From contig CAWDHU010000015.1 of assembly GCA_963802185.1 (NCBI GenBank), forward strand, positions 592,876 through 656,875: a stretch of DNA of 64,000 nt, read 5' to 3'. Position 1 is the stretch's first letter; the number at the start of each line of letters is the position of its first letter. A program made the position numbers and the translations under genes. Positions 1 through 9,136 of this stretch are shown one piece after another. Below the pieces are notes generated by a model, which saw only the letters and a list, made by a program, of their open reading frames with translations, searched no databases and had not been told where the DNA came from. This DNA comes from an uncultured Bacteroidales bacterium (GTDB taxonomy: Bacteria > Bacteroidota > Bacteroidia > Bacteroidales > UBA4417).

Positions 1-1028
1 GGAGTTTCAGCGAAATTGAACTTCGTTCCTGCCCTCGGTGCGGCGTATGCATTGATGTTTGCCAGATGAATGCAGCCGGACTTACAGGTTCTACAGCAGT
101 TTATTTTATCCGTTCATTGCGTGATCAACAAACTGATGTGAAGCTTAATTCGAACTGTATGATGTGTGGCCGTTGCCTTAAAGCTTGTCCTGTAGGAATT
201 GATACACTGGGACTAAGGGTAGGAGCAAGGGGTGTTGATTACAAAGATTTGGTATCCGATTATAGCTATCTGTTGAAACATTCAGGAATTGAGAAAAAGG
301 CTGAAGTAGTTTATTTTGCTGGTTGCATGGGACATCTTACGCCTGGAGTTAAACGCGCTATGTTAAAGATTTTTGAAAAAGCAGGTATTGATTTTACTTT
401 TCTCGATGAAGATGGAGCTATATGTTGTGGTCGTCCGCTGAAACTAGCCGGTCTGCAGGAAGCTGCCTCAAAACTTATTGATGAAAATACTACAAAACTT
501 CTTAAAACCGGAGCTAAAATACTGGTTACTTCATGCCCGATTTGTTATAAAGTATTCAACAGTGATTATCGACTGGAAGGAATGCAGGTGATGCATCATT
601 CCGTTTATATTGATATGCTGGTAAAGGAAGGCAAACTCTTACTTCGGCCAACGGTACTTAAAGCAGTATATCACGACCCCTGTGAATTGGGAAGAGGATC
701 AGGTATATACGAGCAGCCCCGCAATGTGTTGAAACAGATCGCCGAAGTAGCCGATGTTACTGAGGAACGGATAAATTCGTTATGTTGCGGCGGCAGTATT
801 GGTGATCTGGCGATGAATGCTACCCAGCGAAATATAATACGCGACGGAGCATTGAACATCCTTTGCGAATCGAAACCGGATTTATTGGTTACAGCTTGTC
901 CTTTATGCAAGAAAACGTTTAATTCAGGTAATTCTGTGCCAATCCTCGACATAGCCGAAATAGTTGCTGAGAACATGATGTTGGAAAAATATCAGGCAAA
1001 AACTACCGAATTGGCCGAAATATATTAA
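1..1028 (+). CDS. (Fe-S)-binding oxidoreductase subunit, GlcF/GlpC/HdrD-like, with a 4Fe-4S dicluster and two CCG cysteine-rich domains. The 5' end lies outside the window.
   Basis: The frame stays open upstream of the listed ATG at 66. Reading from nt 3 gives SFSEIELRSCPRCGVCIDVCQ, a first CxxCxxCxxxC(P) cluster, followed by CMMCGRCLKACP. Two CCG-type repeats follow (CCGRP...CPICYK and CCGGS...CPLCKK). Confidence 0.8.
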   Translation, partial: SFSEIELRSCPRCGVCIDVCQMNAAGLTGSTAVYFIRSLRDQQTDVKLNSNCMMCGRCLKACPVGIDTLGLRVGARGVDYKDLVSDYSYLLKHSGIEKKAEVVYFAGCMGHLTPGVKRAMLKIFEKAGIDFTFLDEDGAICCGRPLKLAGLQEAASKLIDENTTKLLKTGAKILVTSCPICYKVFNSDYRLEGMQVMHHSVYIDMLVKEGKLLLRPTVLKAVYHDPCELGRGSGIYEQPRNVLKQIAEVADVTEERINSLCCGGSIGDLAMNATQRNIIRDGALNILCESKPDLLVTACPLCKKTFNSGNSVPILDIAEIVAENMMLEKYQAKTTELAEIY

Positions 1029-1200
1029 TGTTAATTGAATCTTTATCTACATATTTACTCCCCCCGATATTTCCATCCTAAGCTAATTTCATGCATTCAA
1101 TTTTAATGCAGTTCCCCCTTGATATGCAGTAAAAGCAAGGGCGATTGTGGATCAAAAAAGGATGTATAGTCTTGATAAACAGATTTATATACAATTAGTC

Positions 1201-1222
1201 TATTGTTAATATATTAACAATA
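1201..1222. promoter_or_regulatory. 22-bp perfect palindrome TATTGTTAATATATTAACAATA, a candidate operator
   Basis: Checked by hand to equal its own reverse complement. It lies 118 nt upstream of the 1340 start codon, in a 311-nt intergenic region. Confidence 0.45.
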
Positions 1223-1339
1223 TTTTGATTTGTCTCATTTTTGCCTTATCTTTAGAACATCATTCAAGGGGATTAAAATTGACATTTTTCTGGATAAGTG
1301 TGAGTACCCGTATTATATAACCTCAAATACATACACGCT

Positions 1340-2326
1340 ATGAAAACCAGATTATTCTTTTCAGTGACTTTAATTTTGGCCGGATCGATCTTTTTTCAAT
1401 CCTGCAAGCCACGCCAGGAAGTACCAGTGATTGGTCTGCTTATGGATCAATATAATGTTGAGCGATGGGCTCAGGATACAACGTTTTTTATAAGAGATGT
1501 AAATAAACTGGGTGGAAAGGTGATTTGCCTTTCAGCAAATGGTGACCCGGCAAAGCAGCTTGAACAGGCGAAAGAGTTGATAGCGAAGAAAGTTAAGGTT
1601 TTAGTAATTGTGCCGGTTGAACTCGGAAAAGGGGCCGAAATGGTTAATTTGGCGAAAAAAGCATCTGTGGGCGTGATTTCATACGATCGCCTTATTCAGG
1701 ATGCTGATGTCGATTATTATATTTCATTTGATAACGTTAAGGTTGGTCAGCTTCAAGCTGATTATATAAAAAACCGGTTGCAAAAAGGCAATGTTGCACT
1801 GATTGGAGGTGCATACATTGATAAAAATTCCTTCTTACTTCAATTTGGACAGATGGGTATTCTACAGCCATATATCGAACGTGGAGATATTAAGGTAGTA
1901 TACAACAAGATGGTAAAAGCGTGGAGTTTCGATGAAGGTTATGCAGCTGCAAAAAACTGCTTGCAGAATTACAAGGTAGATGCAATTATTTGTGGTAATG
2001 ACTTGCTTGCAGCTGGAGCAATTAAAGCGCTGCAGGAAAGAGGGTTGGCTGGTAAAGTTCTGGTTGCGGGTCAGGATGCAGATTCGAAGGCCCGCGAGCA
2101 TATTATCCAGGGTTATCAGTCCATGTCGGTATATAAATCTATTGAGGACCTGGCTTCCAATGCTGCCCGTATGGCAATGGATATGGCACGAGGCAATTCA
2201 ATATTCTATGCTTCATTCACTGTAAATAATGGTGCCAAACTTGTTCCCTCCCTGCTGATCGATCCAATCTCAGTAAATAAAGGAAATATTGGAATGGAGA
2301 TTGATACCCGTAAAAAAGCAAAATAG
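1340..2326 (+). CDS. Periplasmic sugar-binding lipoprotein, XylF-like (Peripla_BP family ABC substrate-binding protein). It is an orphan: no permease or ATPase gene is adjacent.
   Basis: Lipoprotein-type signal (...IFFQSC). The motif DYYISFDNVKVGQLQADY and the overall pattern resemble D-xylose-binding proteins. Confidence 0.7.
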   Translation: MKTRLFFSVTLILAGSIFFQSCKPRQEVPVIGLLMDQYNVERWAQDTTFFIRDVNKLGGKVICLSANGDPAKQLEQAKELIAKKVKVLVIVPVELGKGAEMVNLAKKASVGVISYDRLIQDADVDYYISFDNVKVGQLQADYIKNRLQKGNVALIGGAYIDKNSFLLQFGQMGILQPYIERGDIKVVYNKMVKAWSFDEGYAAAKNCLQNYKVDAIICGNDLLAAGAIKALQERGLAGKVLVAGQDADSKAREHIIQGYQSMSVYKSIEDLASNAARMAMDMARGNSIFYASFTVNNGAKLVPSLLIDPISVNKGNIGMEIDTRKKAK

Positions 2327-2464
2327 GACAACACATTCAAAAAAGAACCAAGCCTCAAGACCTAAATTCCGATTTTCAAGTACCCTGCTCTTTAATCCTT
2401 ACTGGAATCTGGGACCTGACATCTGGAACTTATTGATAAGGAAATATATGTTTTTTGAGTGAAG

Positions 2465-3202
2465 TCAAATCAAAAACGTTACTTCCTTCAGATCACAGAC
2501 TGTAAAATCACCTGATCTATTTTCTAAAATTAATTGTCCAAATTCATTTGTGCCTGTGATCCTTGATTGCACATTGGCTCCTTTCACCAGGTATTTGTGC
2601 CATTCCATCAGGCGGTACAGTGATTTTTGATAATCAGTATCGATTTTTTTTGTTGTCGCGGGGCCGATTAATGCATATCGTTCAAAAATGGCATGCAGTA
2701 GTTTGTTAAGCAATTCGTTAAGGTCATATTCAATATCGTTAACCATTTTTAATGATACCGGGTTTGGAGCATTGCTTTTAAAAAGCGTTTGGTTTACATT
2801 AAGACCGATGCCTACAACCATATATTCCAGTTTATCACCCATAACTGAATTCTGAATGAGTATCCCACAAACTTTTTTGTTTTCAACATATAAATCATTT
2901 GGCCATTTTATGGAAACCCGCTCGCTTGGCATTTCGGCAATCAAAAAGTCGTAAATACCCAGAGAAATGGCTTTATTCAATATAAACTGTTGATCAGCTG
3001 TTATTTTTGGATACAAGATCAGGCTGAAAGTAAGGTTCTTCCCCTTTTCACTTTCCCAGGTATTAAAGTCGGTTCCCCTTCCTTTGGTCTGATAATCGGT
3101 AATTATCACGCAACCTTCTTCAGGGCGATCCTTCGAAAGTATCTCTAGGGCGTAGCTATTGGTCGATTTGGTTTCAGGCAGGTGGATTATCAAAGGTACC
3201 AA
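2465..3202 (-). CDS. birA: Biotin--[acetyl-CoA-carboxylase] ligase
   Basis: Motifs ETKSTNSYA, QTKGRGT and KWPNDLY(V), with a typical length of about 245 aa. The ORF begins with TTG at 3202 and a second in-frame TTG lies 3 codons downstream, so the exact start is uncertain. Confidence 0.8.
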   Translation of the reverse strand: MVPLIIHLPETKSTNSYALEILSKDRPEEGCVIITDYQTKGRGTDFNTWESEKGKNLTFSLILYPKITADQQFILNKAISLGIYDFLIAEMPSERVSIKWPNDLYVENKKVCGILIQNSVMGDKLEYMVVGIGLNVNQTLFKSNAPNPVSLKMVNDIEYDLNELLNKLLHAIFERYALIGPATTKKIDTDYQKSLYRLMEWHKYLVKGANVQSRITGTNEFGQLILENRSGDFTVCDLKEVTFLI

Positions 3203-3376
3203 TACAATCAGATTAAAAATATTAACGACTTTTAAGAAGCAAAGTTAAAACAAATCGCATGTAGAAGCGTTCAAACTGTCAGGAATTAATTTGTGACAAA
3301 ATGTCGTGCTTTACAAAAAGGACTGAAGTTTGATACGATGCAGCTCTAGTAACAAAAAACATTTACTTTAAATACC

Positions 3377-3384
3377 TACCTTTG
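3377..3384 (+). promoter_or_regulatory. Bacteroidota -7 promoter box TACCTTTG (TAnnTTTG consensus)
   Basis: Exact match to TAnnTTTG in the birA/rsfS divergent intergenic region, about 150 nt upstream of rsfS. Confidence 0.35.
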
Positions 3385-3530
3385 CAAACTGTTATCAATT
3401 AGGGCGAAAGATGTTTGAATTCTGTAAAGCATTTTACATAATTTTAAATTGAAAATCAGTCGTTTCTTTCTTCGCATGTTAATGAATGGCAGGAAGTAAT
3501 AAAATTGAAAAGAAATTTAATAAAATATAG

Positions 3531-3908
3531 ATGGTTAAACGTAAAAAAAGTGAAACTTCGGGAATGCTTGCAGATATTATTGTTAAAGGAATGCAGGAAA
3601 AACTCGGATTAGATATAGTAAAACTTAACCTTTCAGGAATACCTAATTCAATTACTGATTATTTTGTAATTTGCCACGGTTCATCCCGCTCACAGGTGGA
3701 TGCAATTGCTGATTCAGTGCAGGCTGAAGTTAAAAAAGCTATTGGTGGATTACCGTCGCACAAGGAAGGGTTTGAAAACTGTGAATGGATATTACTTGAT
3801 TATTTTGATGTGGTGGTTCATATTTTCCAGGCAGAAACGCGTAGTTTTTATCAATTGGAAAAGTTGTGGGCAGATGCTCCACGCGAAAATGTTTCGGTTA
3901 TTAATTAA
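3531..3908 (+). CDS. rsfS: Ribosome silencing factor RsfS (iojap family)
   Basis: 125 aa. The motif DYFVICHGSSRSQVDAIADSV and the WILLDYFDVVVHIF pattern are typical of RsfS. It lies directly upstream of ftsH, as in many Bacteroidota. Confidence 0.85.
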   Translation: MVKRKKSETSGMLADIIVKGMQEKLGLDIVKLNLSGIPNSITDYFVICHGSSRSQVDAIADSVQAEVKKAIGGLPSHKEGFENCEWILLDYFDVVVHIFQAETRSFYQLEKLWADAPRENVSVIN

Positions 3909-3934
3909 GAATTTAATTTAAGAATTTCAGCATA

Positions 3935-6042
3935 ATGAGTAACGAAGATAACTATAACAAAGGCGGTAAATCACAAGGTTCAGGTGGGCCTAAAATGCCT
4001 AAAATGCCAAAAGTAAAATTTAATTTTTACTGGATCTATGCTATATTAGGGGTAGTTCTGTTTGGACTTTATCTTAACAATATGGGCGTAGCTCCCAAAG
4101 ATTTGGGTTTGGGCCAACTAAAGGAAATGCTGGTAAACCAGGATGTGGAGAAAATTCTTTTAGTAAATAAAGAGCAGGCTGAGATTTATATTAAAAAAGA
4201 GAAGCTGAGTTTACCTAAATACAAGGATATTAAACCTGCAAACTCTTTAACCACGACTGCTCCGCAATATGTTTATCAGATTGGATCGGTTGAAACTTTT
4301 GAAAAAGATGTAACGTGACGTCCCAGGTAAATATTGCAAATCCTGTTTATGTTCAAAACGTGACCCGCAAAAACTGGGGAGGGGATATACTTGGATGGAT
4401 ATTGCCTATAGTAGTGCTGGTTGGTCTCTGGTTTCTGATAATGCGGATGATGACCAAAGGCGGTGCCGGAGGAGGTGGACAGATATTTAATATCGGGAAA
4501 TCGAAAGCGCAGCTTTTTGATAAGGATACCATGGTTTCATTGAATTTCAATGATGTTGCAGGGCTTCAGGAAGCTAAAGTTGAGGTAATGGAAATTGTCG
4601 AGTTTCTGAAGAATCCTGAGAAATATACTGACCTGGGTGGTAAAATTCCTAAAGGCGCTTTGCTTGTAGGCCCTCCCGGAACAGGGAAAACCCTGCTTGC
4701 CAAAGCTGTTGCCGGCGAAGCTAAAGTTCCGTTTTTCTCTCTTTCAGGATCCGATTTTGTCGAAATGTTTGTAGGTGTTGGCGCATCGAGAGTACGCGAT
4801 CTTTTTAAACAAGCCAAAGAAAAAGCGCCGAGTATTATTTTTATCGATGAAATTGATGCTGTGGGCCGTGCCCGTGGTCGTAGTGCAATGACAGGGGGCA
4901 ACGACGAGCGTGAAAATACTCTCAATCAGTTGCTTACCGAAATGGATGGTTTCCAGACCAATGCGGGTGTTATTATTCTGGCTGCTACCAATCGAGCCGA
5001 TATCCTTGATAGAGCGCTGCTGCGGGCCGGACGTTTCGACAGGCAGATTTATATTGAATTGCCCGACCTGGAAGAACGCAAAGCTATTTTCAAGGTACAT
5101 ATGCGTAACCTGAAAATGGATGACAAAACCAGTGTGGATTTCCTGGCAAAGCAGACTCCCGGATTTTCGGGTGCCGACATCGCCAATGCTTGTAACGAAG
5201 CAGCACTTATAGCTGCACGTAGCGATAAGAAAATGATAGATAAGCAGGATTTTCTTGATGCTATCGACCGTATTGTTGGTGGTCTGGAAAAACGCAATAA
5301 AATTATCTCACAACACGAAAAGAAAGTTATTGCTTATCACGAGTCTGGCCATGCTGCAGTTAGTTGGCTTCTTGAACATGCCCATCCGTTGGTTAAAGTT
5401 ACTATAGTGCCTCGCGGTAAAGCTTTGGGCGCAGCCTGGTATTTGCCTGATGAAAGGCAGATTACTACGTATGAGCAAATGATTGACGAACTTATTGCTA
5501 CACTGGGAGGGCGTGCAGCCGAAGAAATAGTATTTGGAAAAATTTCAACAGGTGCTCTCAATGATCTTGAAAAAGTTACCAAACAGGCATATGCTATGGT
5601 GGCATTTTATGGCCTTAATAAGAAAATCGGTAACATTAGTTATTATGATTCTTCCGGGCAGAGCGAATATAGCTTTTCCAAGCCTTTCAGCGAAGAAACC
5701 GCTCGTACAATTGACGATGAAATACACAAAATGGTTGAAGAGTGTTATGTTAAAGCTAAACAATTACTTACCGAAAATCGTGATAAACTCAATCAATTAG
5801 CTGAGATATTGCTTCTAAAAGAAGTGATCTTCCGCGAAGACCTGGAGAAAATATTTGGTAAAAGACCATTTCCTGATCATGACCATGTTATGATCAACAG
5901 TAACGGTGAAACCAATGAAGACAGGCAGGCACCAAAAACAGCCGCTTTACCTGCTACGCCTAAAACTCCCACGGATATACCCAAAGATGTCGATAAGCCG
6001 GAAAGTGCTGATAAGGATGCTAATCCAGGGGTTTCAGCATAA
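3935..6042 (+). CDS. ftsH: ATP-dependent zinc metalloprotease FtsH. As assembled it is split into two ORFs (3935-4318 and 4315-6042) by a -1 frame change.
   Basis: The first ORF carries the N-terminal TM1 and periplasmic domain. The second starts just before TM2 ([22 protein letters not shown]) and carries Walker A GPPGTGKT, Walker B IIFIDEID, the second region of homology [19 protein letters not shown] and the zinc site HESGHA. The second frame is open only from 4303 and the first frame stops at 4316-4318, so the shift lies within 4303-4318, next to an A5 run. Confidence 0.9.
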
Positions 6043-6130
6043 GTTTATTGCTGATGTGTTTGGTTAGTGAAAAATGTATAAATTTACTTTGTCAGAAATA
6101 GCAGAGTCAGGGTAAATAACATAGCTGAAA

Positions 6131-6775
6131 ATGGAAGAAAGTACATCACGGGAGAAGGTGCTAAAAAAAGTACGCCATGCCTTAATTTATAAAACCGATA
6201 ATCCTTTCCCCCAGGTTGATTTTAAATCATCGGTTTACAAGCCGATGTCTGATACATCCGATGTGAATTTTGCGCAGGAATTCACCAAAGTTGGTGGCGT
6301 TTTCCTTTATTGTGAAAATGAAAGTGAAGTTGTAAGCACATTGTCAGCATTAAGTTCTGAATGTGGATGGCATAACATTTACTGTGAGGAACCTCAGTTT
6401 CAATATATGTTAACCCAGGCCGGCGTCCCATTTGAATCGGATGAGCAAAGCCTGCAGCACCTCAGCGTGGGAATAACCGGATGTGAATTCCTGATTGCGC
6501 GATTGGGCAGCATTATGGTTTCTTCTAAAACAAGTAGAAGGTTAAATGTATACCCTGAAATTCATGTGGTTATTGCATATGCAAATCAATTGGTTGACGA
6601 TTTGAAAGATGCTTTTATTTCTGTTCAAACTAAATATTCAGGGAAGCTTCCATCCTTGCTATCGGTAATTACAGGCCCAAGCCGTACGGCCGATATCGAA
6701 AAAACTCTTGTAATGGGTGCTCATGGGCCTAAGGAATTATTTCTAATCCTGGTCGAAGCTCCATCAGAAGATTAA
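6131..6775 (+). CDS. LUD-domain protein (LutC/YkgG-like)
   Basis: 214 aa. The N-terminus (SREKVLKKVRHAL) and the length fit lactate-utilisation protein C-like families. Recognised by pattern only. Confidence 0.55.
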   Translation: MEESTSREKVLKKVRHALIYKTDNPFPQVDFKSSVYKPMSDTSDVNFAQEFTKVGGVFLYCENESEVVSTLSALSSECGWHNIYCEEPQFQYMLTQAGVPFESDEQSLQHLSVGITGCEFLIARLGSIMVSSKTSRRLNVYPEIHVVIAYANQLVDDLKDAFISVQTKYSGKLPSLLSVITGPSRTADIEKTLVMGAHGPKELFLILVEAPSED

Positions 6776-6791
6776 CAAAAATCTTAATATC

Positions 6792-6998
6792 ATGCCAGAA
6801 AATTGGGAAGTAATTTACACTACGAACCAGCTTTATGAAGCTGAAATGGCGAAAGATATGCTGGCAGATAATTCAATAGAATGCGTTATCATGAATAAAA
6901 AGGATTCAACATACGGATTTGGCGAATTAGAAGTTTACGTGCCGACAGCCGAAGTTTTAAAAGCTAAAAATTTAATACTTGAATTTAAAAGTGAATAA
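6792..6998 (+). CDS. Small DUF2007-like protein (putative signal-transducing domain)
   Basis: 68-aa ORF tightly packed between neighbours, with coding-like composition. The family call is by recall only. Confidence 0.4.
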   Translation: MPENWEVIYTTNQLYEAEMAKDMLADNSIECVIMNKKDSTYGFGELEVYVPTAEVLKAKNLILEFKSE

Positions 6999-7812
6999 CT
7001 TAGCTACCCGCTCGCTTACTGCAGTTTTTTTTGTGATTGCAATGGTTGGTTCTGCATTGCTGGGCCAAATGGTATTTTCGGTTCTTCTGTTCATCGTCAC
7101 TATTCTGAGTATTAATGAATTTGTCTCAATTGTATCGAACGATAAAAATCAACCATACCTATGGTCGACATTAATTGTAGGCGGTGCTACTTACATTATT
7201 CTTGCAGGAAATGCTTTGGGTTTAATTCCTGCTGAAGGTTTGGTCGCAATAATTCCATTTATTTTCATGATTTTTATTCTGGAGTTATGGAGGAATAAGG
7301 CAAATCCTTTTACAAATATTGCTTTAAGTTTAACAGCTGTTGCTTATATTGCTTTACCTTTTGGATTTGTAACATATTTTTTTGACTCTTCAATAATTTC
7401 CGGCCCAAATCATTATGGTCTTGTTCTAGGCTTCCTTGTTATTTTGTGGTTGAATGATACAGGAGCATATTTCGTCGGATCACTGATAGGAAAACATAAA
7501 CTCTTTGAGCGTGTATCGCCGGGCAAAACCTGGGAGGGAAGTGTTGGTGGTGCTGTTTTTGCGTTGTTTACTGCATGGGGTTTGTCATTTATATTCAAAC
7601 AACTTGATGAATTACAATGGATGATCATGGCAGTTATAATTGTAATTTCGGGTACTCTCGGTGACCTGGTTGAATCCATGCTTAAACGAAGCCTTGGTAT
7701 TAAGGACTCGGGTTCTGTTTTACCCGGACATGGTGGCATGCTCGATAGATTTGATGCTGTTCTGCTCTCCGCTCCATTTGTATTCGTATATTTGGCGCTC
7801 TTTTGCCGGTAA
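6991..7812 (+). CDS. cdsA: Phosphatidate cytidylyltransferase
   Basis: Multi-TM protein with SPGKTWEGSVGG and PGHGGMLDRFD signatures. The listed ORF starts at TTG 6979. GTG at 6991 (MNNLATRSL...) overlaps the upstream stop codon and looks like the more plausible start. Confidence 0.85.
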   Translation: MNNLATRSLTAVFFVIAMVGSALLGQMVFSVLLFIVTILSINEFVSIVSNDKNQPYLWSTLIVGGATYIILAGNALGLIPAEGLVAIIPFIFMIFILELWRNKANPFTNIALSLTAVAYIALPFGFVTYFFDSSIISGPNHYGLVLGFLVILWLNDTGAYFVGSLIGKHKLFERVSPGKTWEGSVGGAVFALFTAWGLSFIFKQLDELQWMIMAVIIVISGTLGDLVESMLKRSLGIKDSGSVLPGHGGMLDRFDAVLLSAPFVFVYLALFCR

Positions 7813-7831
7813 TTTAACACATTGATTATTA

Positions 7832-8503
7832 ATGAGAATACACAAAGAAGGATATAACAGCATTGCCGCAGCAACTATAGTTGCTTCAGTATTGTTGATT
7901 AGTATTAATTATTTCTTCCCGGAGCAAACAGTTTTCCATTATCTAGGATATCTTGCACTGCTTATTTTTTGGATAATTGTAGTCAGGTTTTTCCGAATGC
8001 CATTCCGTGAACTGTTAGAAGATGCTGATATTGTGCTTTGTCCTGCTGATGGAACAGTTGTAGCCATTGAAGAAGTGTTTATAGATGAATTTTTTAAAGA
8101 TAAAAGATTACAGGTGTCTGTATTCATGTCACCTAATAATGTGCATGTTAACCGTTATCCTGTTTCTGGTAAGATAGTTTATACCAATTACTGGCCTGGA
8201 TCATTCCTGGTTGCCTGGCATCCTAAATCGTCGACAGAAAATGAACGAAATACAGTTGTAGTTGAACATCCTAAATATGGTCCGATTATGGTGAGACAAA
8301 TTGCCGGAGCCCTTGCCCGAAGGATTGTGTGTTATTCTAAAACGAATGAGCGTATAGTTCAGGGAAAGGAATTGGGCTTTATTAAATTTGGAAGCAGGGT
8401 TGACCTTTATCTTCCTCTGGATGCCAACGTCAAAGTTTCACTGGAACAAAAAGTGAAAGGCGGAATTACACCGATTGCCATACTTGGCGAAGGAAAGCGT
8501 TAA
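7832..8503 (+). CDS. psd: Phosphatidylserine decarboxylase proenzyme
   Basis: N-terminal TM segments and a C-terminal FGSRVDLYLP self-cleavage-type motif. Adjacent to cdsA. Confidence 0.8.
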   Translation: MRIHKEGYNSIAAATIVASVLLISINYFFPEQTVFHYLGYLALLIFWIIVVRFFRMPFRELLEDADIVLCPADGTVVAIEEVFIDEFFKDKRLQVSVFMSPNNVHVNRYPVSGKIVYTNYWPGSFLVAWHPKSSTENERNTVVVEHPKYGPIMVRQIAGALARRIVCYSKTNERIVQGKELGFIKFGSRVDLYLPLDANVKVSLEQKVKGGITPIAILGEGKR

Positions 8504-8556
8504 AATTTTAACATCTTTTTAACAAAAAAATTGATTGTTTGTCTAATAAATCATAA

Positions 8557-8564
8557 TACTTTTG
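8557..8564 (+). promoter_or_regulatory. Bacteroidota -7 promoter box TACTTTTG
   Basis: Exact TAnnTTTG match 32 nt upstream of the ATG at 8596. A TTTG is present at 8538-8541. Confidence 0.45.
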
Positions 8565-8595
8565 CGTTACACAATTTAATTTAAAAATTATATCT

Positions 8596-8895
8596 ATGAA
8601 AAAAATTGCGCTTGTAATATCATTAGTTGCACTCATCTTCGCTTTTACTGCAAATACAGTTTCAGCACAAAAAGTAACTACAGCTGATAAAGCTAAAACT
8701 GAAAATGTAAGCAGTAAAGATGTTCCTGCAAAATCTTGCTGCTCGAAAAGTGCCGCAACATCGTCGGCCAGTGCAAGTACAGGCGACGCAAATGCTTCTG
8801 GTTGCTCAAAAACATGTACCAAAGCCGAAGCAAAAAGTTGCTGCAATAAAGGCACTGCCAAAACAGAATCTGCTCCTGTTCCTAAGCAGAAATAA
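8596..8895 (+). CDS. Small secreted low-complexity protein with paired-Cys motifs
   Basis: Signal peptide ending VSA|Q. The mature part is Ser/Ala/Lys/Thr-rich and carries SCCSKS, GCSKTC and SCCNKG. It has its own promoter box and terminator. The antisense ORF 8508-8903 is treated as a shadow. Confidence 0.6.
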   Translation: MKKIALVISLVALIFAFTANTVSAQKVTTADKAKTENVSSKDVPAKSCCSKSAATSSASASTGDANASGCSKTCTKAEAKSCCNKGTAKTESAPVPKQK

Positions 8896-8913
8896 AGATT
8901 CAAAGAAAAATAT

Positions 8914-8937
8914 ACCCGCTTTTAGCGGGTTTTTTTA
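8914..8937 (+). terminator. Rho-independent terminator
   Basis: ACCCGC-tttta-GCGGGT followed by a T6 run, 19 nt after the stop codon. Confidence 0.75.
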
Positions 8938-8963
8938 TGCCTGTTCAGTAAGCTTAGGTGTTG

Positions 8964-8996
8964 ATTTTGAAAATTTGAAAATTTGAGGATTTGAAA
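8964..8996. repeat. Short tandem repeat, about 4 units of ATTTGAAA
   Basis: Reads attttgaaa atttgaaa atttgagg atttgaaa, between convergent genes. Confidence 0.6.
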
Positions 8997-9136
8997 ATAG
9001 ATGTTTTTCAGCCGGATACCTTGCACTAGCACAAGCATATAAAAGTTATATTCGATAAGCAAAGCATCCTCGAAAACAGCAAAACAGGGTATGAACGATT
9101 TCTATTTTCTATTAACCATTACCTATTTCTACTAGC

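Noticed and set aside
3935-6042. Treating 3935-4318 and 4315-6042 as two genuine genes: a small membrane protein plus an N-terminally truncated FtsH with a GTG start.
   Set aside because: Together the two parts reconstruct the standard FtsH architecture of TM1, periplasmic domain, TM2, AAA+ module and M41 protease. The junction is confined to about 15 nt beside a homopolymer.
7413-7874. 153-aa minus-strand ORF across the cdsA/psd junction.
   Set aside because: It is antisense to two well-supported, motif-bearing genes and has no features of its own.
8508-8903. 131-aa minus-strand ORF overlapping the small Cys-rich secreted protein gene.
   Set aside because: The plus-strand ORF has a signal peptide, a TAnnTTTG box and a downstream terminator. 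The minus-strand product has no start context or recognisable features, so it is probably an antisense shadow.
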